Shown piece by piece: positions 57,396 to 64,000 of a stretch of DNA of 64,000 bases (position 1 is its first letter; each line of letters opens with the position of its first letter). This DNA comes from a virus (lineage: Duplodnaviria; Caudoviricetes). The notes beneath the pieces were generated by a model. That model saw only the letters and a program-made list of their open reading frames with translations. It was not told the origin of the DNA and searched no databases. The stretch spans positions 59,397 through 123,396 of the IMG/VR virus record IMGVR_UViG_3300038530_004289. One strand, 5' to 3'. A program made the translations under genes and the position numbers.

Positions 57396-57641
57396 TCACT
57401 CACCCTTTGCTTGATAATTCACATGATTTTCAGGTAATCGGTGAAGCCTTCTGTCTGCAAGATTTAGGATGTATTGTGATGCACTCTTCACACCATCTTC
57501 AAATCGTTTTTCTGCCACAGAATCATTATTTGGAACCATTTCCATCTTCAAGTCTGCGACTACTTCTGCAATCAAATCTGAGTCAAGAAGTGCGTTAAAA
57601 ACTTCATATTCGACATGAACCACAGATTTTGCCCTCATCAA
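57396..57641 (-). CDS. Hypothetical protein
   Basis: Coupled ORF. Confidence 0.6.
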   Translation of the reverse strand: MMRAKSVVHVEYEVFNALLDSDLIAEVVADLKMEMVPNNDSVAEKRFEDGVKSASQYILNLADRRLHRLPENHVNYQAKGE

Positions 57642-57919
57642 TAAACATCTCCATTGGATTCGATTTTTTCATCTTCGTATGGAGCAATAACTCTCCGATA
57701 CAGTTCCAATTTACAACACTCTAATGCACCCATCACCGAATTTGCGGTTTGGTATCGTAGCCCCTGTCTATCCAAGGTTTGTTTGATTATTTCGCTAATG
57801 ATGTAATTCAAATGACCCGCAGGATATAGACCACACATCCCCTCTATATTCAGATTGTGAACGATGCTCTTGATTGCTTCATCGTATTTTCTCCTTTCAT
57901 GGTCTTCAATGTATGGCAT
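57638..57919 (-). CDS. Conserved small phage protein (MPYI...GHLNY...LELYRR..APYED.K...NGDV family)
   Basis: Recognisable motif string; function unknown. Confidence 0.7.
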   Translation of the reverse strand: MPYIEDHERRKYDEAIKSIVHNLNIEGMCGLYPAGHLNYIISEIIKQTLDRQGLRYQTANSVMGALECCKLELYRRVIAPYEDEKIESNGDVY

Positions 57920-57925
57920 AGCAAA

Positions 57926-58150
57926 TCACTCCCTGTTTGAAGTGTATCGGGAAATTTCCCCTACATCACTCATATAATCTTCAAGTGTTTGGACTCCATG
58001 TTTTCTCGCCTCTTGCGGGGATGTGAATCTGTGGGGGGTTGGAGCCTCGCCACTATTCTGAATAATCAGTTGTTGTTCAATGCCTCGAAGGGCATCTTTA
58101 ATTTCTCTCAATACCATTACAATTTGTTGATAATCAAACATTTGTCTCAC
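57926..58150 (-). CDS. Hypothetical protein
   Basis: GGTGAG SD; fills the gap. Confidence 0.5.
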   Translation of the reverse strand: MRQMFDYQQIVMVLREIKDALRGIEQQLIIQNSGEAPTPHRFTSPQEARKHGVQTLEDYMSDVGEISRYTSNRE

Positions 58151-58188
58151 CTATTCCTTCATTCTCCCATTACCCTTATGAAGGTTTC

Positions 58189-59193
58189 TCAAAAGGTTCC
58201 CTTCAGAAACAGAGGTTGTTCAGTTCCTTTGGGTTTGTCAGTCATTTTGAATTGTGAGTAAAAGGTCTGAATGTCATGAACATCTGCACAAGCCTCGCTT
58301 ACGGTGCATAGCCTCTCATCTTCGATTCCCTCAGTTATGCGTAATCTTGTTGCTTCAAGGACATCATAGAAATGTTGAAGGTTGATTTCAAAAGTTTGTT
58401 CTTCTTCATCATCAATTTTGAGATTGTTCAAGTAAAGTTCCTTCAATCTGAAGCACCCCACATCACCCATCACAGTCAATTGAACATCGAAAGATTTTTT
58501 TGGTGCGGCAACTGAATAATTCAAACTACCCATCCCCCCACTCATAAATGTGAAGTTGAAATTTCCTGAATCTTCCACCTCGGTATATGAGTGGTTGAAG
58601 TCATACACATTCCCTCCAACATTCTCAATCTCTCCAAACAAGTATTTCAACAAATTGAGGTGGTGGATAAACTCATTGAATAACGGTCCACCCTCTTCAG
58701 AGCGAGTCCCTCTCCAATCTGAGGCGGTGTAGTATTCTTCATTCCTGTTCCAAAAAACATTGAAGATAGCCATGTTTGGTTTGCCTATTTCGCCCAACCG
58801 ATTCTTTACTTCAGATACGGACTTCAAAAACCTCAAAGGATAATTGACAAATACAGGAACTTGCTTTTTATTGACCAACTGAGAAATAAGTTTGGCCTCA
58901 TGCTTATTCAGCACAATTGGCTTCTCCGCCAAAACAGGAATGCCTCTCTCAACACATTCCTTTATCATTCGATAGTGCAAACAGTTGGGTGTGGCAACGA
59001 TGACGAGATTTAGTTCATCTTCATGGTGATTCAACATATCCACAAAGTTGTAATGGATTCCTACGCCCTGTGGAACCTCAACTTCCAAATTAGGTTCTGC
59101 AACACACAACAATTCCAAATTAGGATTTTCCAAGACATTATCCATGTGTCTTTTACCTATGTGTCCCAAACCAATAATTCCAACATTCATCAA
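58189..59193 (-). CDS. Gfo/Idh/MocA-family oxidoreductase (WbpB/WlbA-like NDP-sugar dehydrogenase)
   Basis: GIIGLGHIG, ATPNCLH, VLAEKP, YY..SDWRGT...GG, VED. Confidence 0.9.
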   Translation of the reverse strand: MMNVGIIGLGHIGKRHMDNVLENPNLELLCVAEPNLEVEVPQGVGIHYNFVDMLNHHEDELNLVIVATPNCLHYRMIKECVERGIPVLAEKPIVLNKHEAKLISQLVNKKQVPVFVNYPLRFLKSVSEVKNRLGEIGKPNMAIFNVFWNRNEEYYTASDWRGTRSEEGGPLFNEFIHHLNLLKYLFGEIENVGGNVYDFNHSYTEVEDSGNFNFTFMSGGMGSLNYSVAAPKKSFDVQLTVMGDVGCFRLKELYLNNLKIDDEEEQTFEINLQHFYDVLEATRLRITEGIEDERLCTVSEACADVHDIQTFYSQFKMTDKPKGTEQPLFLKGTF

Positions 59194-60317
59194 GCATCAC
59201 CCAAAACTTCAAATAGTGATTCAACAACTTTAACGCTTTCTTCTTTCGTTATGTATTGGCTAAGTGGAATCGCAAGCAATCTTTCCGTGATTTCTCTTGC
59301 CACAGGATATTCCTCAGAACTGTAAGGACACCCTTCTTCAAGCATATCAAAGTCAGTAATCAAATATCCATAGGCAGGGGTAGCACCAACACCCAAATCT
59401 GAAAGTTTTTGAATTACTTCTTGTGGCTCATGTTGATTTAGGTAAATACAGAATAAGTGATAGGTATGGCTCCAACCATTTTCGTTGAATTCTTTTACCT
59501 TGGGTAGTGTGAGGATACCTTTTTCTTCAAGCGGTTTTAGTTCATTCAAGTAATACTCAGCGATTTCATTCCGATATTCTTGTTGTTGAGGAAATCTCTC
59601 AATAAGTTTTACGGCAATAGCCGCCTGAAACTCACTCATCCTAAAATTGCCTCCTGAACCTAAAACGGGAGTTCCCAAATATCTGCCGTTATCTCTCCAT
59701 CGAATAAGTTTTTCGTAAAGTTTTAGGTCGTTTAAGGTGATGAACCCTCCATCTCCTGCACAAGAAAGATTTTTAGTTGGATACAGGGAAAAACAACCTA
59801 AATCAATACAAGGGTGGGAACCTGCCAAATAGCCATCAATTACAGTTCCAAACGCCTGAGCGCAATCACTTACAACCTTAAAACCATACCTTGATTTCAA
59901 GTCAGCAAGTGCATCCATATCAGCACCTACTCCGAAGATATGAACAGGAACTACAACATCAATATCCCCATGTTCTTCCAATAATCTTTCGACATCATTC
60001 ATATCCATACAGTAAGTATCGGCATCAATATCGCAAAAAATTACTTCCATATCCAAAAAAATACCTGCCATAGCAGTTGCGGAAAATGTGAAGGGAGTAG
60101 TCAAGATTTTCTTTGCACCCATAGCCTTGTATGCAAGCAATAGTGCAGTAGTTCCTGAATTGACGGCTACGCAACCTTCGATGTCAAGATAATCACATAC
60201 GGCCTTCTCAAACCTTTTCGCCTGTGAGCCATTTACAAATTGTCCTGATTCAATTACTTCATTTAGTGCATCTCTGAGCATATCAGAGTCATATCTTACG
60301 ATGGTTCTTCCAATCAT
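59190..60317 (-). CDS. DegT/DnrJ/EryC1/StrS PLP aminotransferase (WbpE/WlbC-like)
   Basis: NSGTTAL, PFTFSATA, DCAQAFG, FSLYPTKNL..GDGG; start 29 nt from TTAAATAGG. Confidence 0.92.
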   Translation of the reverse strand: MIGRTIVRYDSDMLRDALNEVIESGQFVNGSQAKRFEKAVCDYLDIEGCVAVNSGTTALLLAYKAMGAKKILTTPFTFSATAMAGIFLDMEVIFCDIDADTYCMDMNDVERLLEEHGDIDVVVPVHIFGVGADMDALADLKSRYGFKVVSDCAQAFGTVIDGYLAGSHPCIDLGCFSLYPTKNLSCAGDGGFITLNDLKLYEKLIRWRDNGRYLGTPVLGSGGNFRMSEFQAAIAVKLIERFPQQQEYRNEIAEYYLNELKPLEEKGILTLPKVKEFNENGWSHTYHLFCIYLNQHEPQEVIQKLSDLGVGATPAYGYLITDFDMLEEGCPYSSEEYPVAREITERLLAIPLSQYITKEESVKVVESLFEVLGDA

Positions 60318-60451
60318 AATTTTCAACCCTCACAACACCTATTTAAGGCTTACCTGTTGTTATTGTTCTTCCTCTAATCCGACTCCGTAAGCCAATCCAA
60401 AAATGAATATCAAAATCATGATTATACACACATCAGGCATCACAAAACCTC

Positions 60452-60868
60452 CTACTCATGCACAGGCCGTGTTCGTAAAAATCCTTCAAAATGGGCGGGA
60501 CATTTTGAGCAACGAAGATTTACAACTTCGCCTTCACTTGAAATTCCATATTCCTCGAAGGTATTATCTCCCATCCAAATCAATTCACTTCGACAAAAAT
60601 AACACAACAGTTCACTTTTTTTCTTAGTTCCAAGACCTTCGATATTGGCCTTGTCTTTGGAAATTTTCTTTTCAAGCATTGAGATTTGTTTCGGTTTCAC
60701 CTTACGCTCAAGCCCATCAGATTCGCCAACCTTTGCACTTGCATCTCTTGGGACAACTACAAGCCGATGGTCGCAAGTCCCAAATGTTTCATCAGACCAA
60801 GATACCATTTTCCTTAATGGAACAAATATGGGGGAAGTAATTTTCCCAATCCATTTCCTAAAACTCAT
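60452..60868 (-). CDS. Hypothetical protein with C-terminal Zn ribbon
   Basis: CYFC..LIW.GD...CSKC; TTAAATACC 30 nt upstream. Confidence 0.6.
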   Translation of the reverse strand: MSFRKWIGKITSPIFVPLRKMVSWSDETFGTCDHRLVVVPRDASAKVGESDGLERKVKPKQISMLEKKISKDKANIEGLGTKKKSELLCYFCRSELIWMGDNTFEEYGISSEGEVVNLRCSKCPAHFEGFLRTRPVHE

Positions 60869-60914
60869 GGATGCTATTTTTAACAACGAGGTATTTAATG
60901 CTTGTGATTTTATT

Positions 60915-61469
60915 TCAGTTCAAAACATCAATAAGCGTATCCATTGGTCGCATCAACTCATCATCCTGCAACCAAATGTTGTCGCAGATTGTTCGGACTT
61001 CAACGCCATGATTTTCCACCTCATGAGCATAATTCCAACCCATAAGTTTCACCTTTGAATCTTGTGAATTTCCTTTCGCCAAAGTCCACACAATGATTGC
61101 TCTATTTCGGACACAATGCCGTAGTTGCTTTGGAGGAACCATTCTCCTAAATTTTTGCCATTGGTGAGGTCGCAGACCCTTCACTTCGATGACCTTTCGA
61201 TTACACACAATGTCTCCCTTCAAGCCATTACTTCGATATCGCTTGTAGTTTTCCTCGATTTTCGGATTTTTGACATTTTCTCGAAACCACTTGGCCGTTG
61301 CTACTTCAGATTTAACACCTACCATGTTGCTACTGATTTTGTTGTGATTGTATTGGCCTGAGCCGAGAGTATTGTTTCCCCCATAATACTCAACAACTTC
61401 CATAGCATGATTCTTGCACCACATCAATTCGTCTTCTGTCAAAACTACTGTCTTTTCCATATCATACAC
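60915..61469 (-). CDS. PD-(D/E)xK-like phage protein
   Basis: GVKSEVA...GDI...IEVKG...LMGW. Confidence 0.6.
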   Translation of the reverse strand: MYDMEKTVVLTEDELMWCKNHAMEVVEYYGGNNTLGSGQYNHNKISSNMVGVKSEVATAKWFRENVKNPKIEENYKRYRSNGLKGDIVCNRKVIEVKGLRPHQWQKFRRMVPPKQLRHCVRNRAIIVWTLAKGNSQDSKVKLMGWNYAHEVENHGVEVRTICDNIWLQDDELMRPMDTLIDVLN

Positions 61470-61657
61470 CTACTCGGTTATGTAGCCCTATACGGCTACC
61501 ACTTATTAATCTTCCGAACCTAAAACTTCAAAGTATGAAAAACAAAACCACAGTTGATGATACTGCGGCAATCAATGAAGTGAGTGTCCTCATGAGTTCC
61601 ATTTTGTGATTATGCCTGTCTAACCACCGTTCCAATTTGCCTCGGTGGTTGTTTTCA

Positions 61658-61939
61658 TCACGCACCCAAATCAACTCCTACATTCGGCTCATCAAAATTA
61701 GATTGTAATTCCATGTCAGGGTCAAACGGAGGGGGTGGCAGAGGTAAATCAGACATCATATCCTTCAAAGCCATTTCTGCTCGAAATTCTTTCACAGAAC
61801 CCCACACATGAGATACACCATACATGGTGCTTTGTTGCTTATCAGTCAAATTTTTCAATGATTTCAAAGTGATACAATACGAAATAAACAAAAGGATAAA
61901 ATTGCTCAACAACAAGGCTACAATCATTGTGTCGCTCAT
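61658..61939 (-). CDS. Small N-terminally anchored membrane protein
   Basis: N-terminal TM; Pro-rich tail. Confidence 0.55.
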   Translation of the reverse strand: MSDTMIVALLLSNFILLFISYCITLKSLKNLTDKQQSTMYGVSHVWGSVKEFRAEMALKDMMSDLPLPPPPFDPDMELQSNFDEPNVGVDLGA

Positions 61940-62174
61940 TGGTCGCCCTCCTTAAATACAATTTTCTGCGTCAAGTAAATGATGCTTAATCCTGCTAAAA
62001 ATGCCCAAAATTCTTCCAAACTCATTTCAACCCCTCATTAATTGGATTTCCAAATCCCGTTAATCCGATTACCTATTTAACCTTGTTGCTTGTAAGACAA
62101 TCCACAACTCTTACAAACCAATGTTTTCGGGTCTATATCACATTGTCTTCGGCATGGTCCCGCTTGTTCTTCGC

Positions 62175-63062
62175 TCATAATTTCACCTCCACATCCGTTG
62201 CATAAGATTCTTCAGACAAAATATCGTAATCTCTGTCTTTCGGAGAAAAATCACCATCAACGAATATGATATCTTGGTTTTTGATTTTGCTTCTATCCAC
62301 AAACCCTGTTCCTCGATAAACGGTTGGCGGTTCGACTCCTACTTTCCACTCATCAACGAGAATGTTTGTGTTTTTCTTCATGTGGTGAAAATATGCCTCT
62401 TTGTGGCTGAAAATTTCGCCCCCATCATCGTTGATGTATCTGACAGAAAACTTGATATCGCTTTGAGAGTCCATCAAACTACACATGAATGGATATTTCA
62501 ACCAAACATCTCTTGACGCTCCCGTAAAAGACCAACCTGAGAAGTAGGTCTTGATTGGTTCTTGACCCATGCTTTGAACTTCATCGTAAAAATAGCGTGA
62601 TTTAGTTGAATCCATATCATAGAACATAAAATCATTGACTGAATCATCATCGGGTTTTACCTCAGGAACCTTTTGAATCCATGAATATCTTTCAGGATTC
62701 ACCTCATTTAATCTTTTGAGAAATTGATAGTTGGGGTCATCGCAAGCATATACACAACTAATTGGCTTGTGCAGAAGATTGACATATTCGGAACCTTCAA
62801 ACCACCTGCAATATCCTGAAACTACCTTTCCTTCCTGAATCAACGGCCTGAGGACTTCAAGAGGTCTGTTGTTCACAATTACATCATCAGCAATAATCCA
62901 ATAGTAATCATAGTCTGTATCAGCCACAAAATTATTCATCGCTTCGCAAACTGAAGGTTCATCAAATGCTCGAAACCAAACCTTTTCGATATCGAGAGTG
63001 TTCAAACTTTCAATCGCTTCAGGGATTGCTCTTGGATTCAAAATCATGAGAACTTCTTTCAC
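62175..63062 (-). CDS. Putative GT-A-fold glycosyltransferase-like protein (paralogue 1)
   Basis: DYDYYWIIADD, VVSG, GWSFT..SRDVW..YPF...SD..F, terminal H. Confidence 0.6.
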   Translation of the reverse strand: MKEVLMILNPRAIPEAIESLNTLDIEKVWFRAFDEPSVCEAMNNFVADTDYDYYWIIADDVIVNNRPLEVLRPLIQEGKVVSGYCRWFEGSEYVNLLHKPISCVYACDDPNYQFLKRLNEVNPERYSWIQKVPEVKPDDDSVNDFMFYDMDSTKSRYFYDEVQSMGQEPIKTYFSGWSFTGASRDVWLKYPFMCSLMDSQSDIKFSVRYINDDGGEIFSHKEAYFHHMKKNTNILVDEWKVGVEPPTVYRGTGFVDRSKIKNQDIIFVDGDFSPKDRDYDILSEESYATDVEVKL

Positions 63063-64000
63063 TCTTCCTCACCATCCCCTAATCTCCAAACCAATTCTGA
63101 AGGTATGTTTTCACCAACCAATTTACCATCACCAAAATGAATCACAGAATCTTCAAGCCCCAAAATCCAATGACTCATCTCAGTAGTAGTTTTAGTCTTT
63201 TTCAAGTGAATATGTTCAGCATCCTTGTGAGTCCATATTTCATTTCCATCTCTAATCGCATACCTCAGCGAAAATTGTGCATCAGTATTACTCTCTCTTG
63301 AAGATGTTCGATATGGATATTTCAACCAAATATCCCTCGGCATACCTGTAAATGACCATCCTGTGAATTTTGTGGTGAAATAATTTTGCTTACTGCTTTT
63401 CACCTCGGTTCGAGTCATAAAATCATCATCATGAACACCCACCCAAAGATTTACTTCATCATTTACTGCATCTTCAAACTTGATGTTGTTTTCGAGTAAA
63501 TTGTCTATCCAAAAACTCCCTGTGGATGATGATTGTGAAATTTCTCCTGTCATTAATGATTCTGTAATCACATCATATTGTTGGGAATTCCTCAGTTTGT
63601 GCATCGTATAAAAATAATTGAGTGCGGGAACATCAAAGTAAGGAGTGCAAGTCATAGTTTCAGAAATTGATAAATTAACTCTATCAGTATCCTCTCCCAA
63701 AAGACAATATCCTGAAACCACCTTACCTTCATGTAGTAGGGGTCGCAAAAGTTCTATCGGTTTTTCATCAACAACTACATCATCAGCAATAATCCAATAG
63801 TAGTCGTAATCTGTTGTTTGAATAAACTCATTAAGGTGAGTTTCTAATTCAACCTCAGTATATCCTCTGAACCAAACCTTTTCGATATTGAGGGCGTTCA
63901 AACTTTCAATCGCCTCAGGAATGGCTCTCGGTTGAAGAATCATCAAAATTTCTTTTGGTTCTTGCCTCTCAAAAGTCATGTCTCCTTCCCACCAATCCAT
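63059..64000 (-). CDS. Putative GT-A-fold glycosyltransferase-like protein (paralogue 2; start at window edge)
   Basis: Same motifs as 62175..63062 with strong N-terminal DNA identity. Confidence 0.6.
   Translation of the reverse strand: MDWWEGDMTFERQEPKEILMILQPRAIPEAIESLNALNIEKVWFRGYTEVELETHLNEFIQTTDYDYYWIIADDVVVDEKPIELLRPLLHEGKVVSGYCLLGEDTDRVNLSISETMTCTPYFDVPALNYFYTMHKLRNSQQYDVITESLMTGEISQSSSTGSFWIDNLLENNIKFEDAVNDEVNLWVGVHDDDFMTRTEVKSSKQNYFTTKFTGWSFTGMPRDIWLKYPYRTSSRESNTDAQFSLRYAIRDGNEIWTHKDAEHIHLKKTKTTTEMSHWILGLEDSVIHFGDGKLVGENIPSELVWRLGDGEEE

Noticed and set aside
345-63186. Most short plus-strand ORFs in the track
   Set aside because: Fully antisense to longer minus-strand genes and lack the TTAA promoter signature; only 23464, 24271 and 47331 were retained

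Overview
Gene-dense, AT-rich 64 kb segment with almost all genes on the minus strand (only three convincing plus-strand CDSs). It reads as part of a large archaeal virus or virus-like extrachromosomal element. A Marine Group II/Poseidoniales-like host is inferred from TATA-type promoters with leaderless starts, an archaeal PCNA, an ERCC4 nuclease, an archaeal-type GluRS-like domain, a GCG-anticodon tRNA, and SAP, GCTD..DDGSC and DxDxDG-repeat surface proteins. Recognisable genes: HerA/FtsK ATPase, ArsA/Get3 ATPase, Nudix hydrolase, pentapeptide-repeat protein, class II RNR, GNAT, PCNA, ERCC4, 5'-3' exonuclease, deaminase, NDT-like hydrolase, a WbpB/WbpE-like sugar-modifying pair, two GT-A-like paralogues and three tRNA-Arg. 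No capsid, portal, terminase, protease or replicative polymerase is recognisable in this window. The most unusual content looks like a protein sorting and processing system. (1) Several long ORFs are strings of unrelated short modules joined by a recurring [GD]-A-E-x-F-[GES]-A-E linker, and one module recurs, linker-bounded, in a different protein 36 kb away. (2) About a dozen proteins are tail-anchored, and the element encodes its own Get3-like ATPase. (3) Five otherwise dissimilar proteins end in a shared I-x-[AS]-Y-N-[FYH] tag. (4) Most of these genes sit in units led by one promoter class (TTAAGTATC), distinct from the TTAAATA(G/C) class used by DNA-metabolism genes. Family calls come from motif recognition by eye; no database searches were run.
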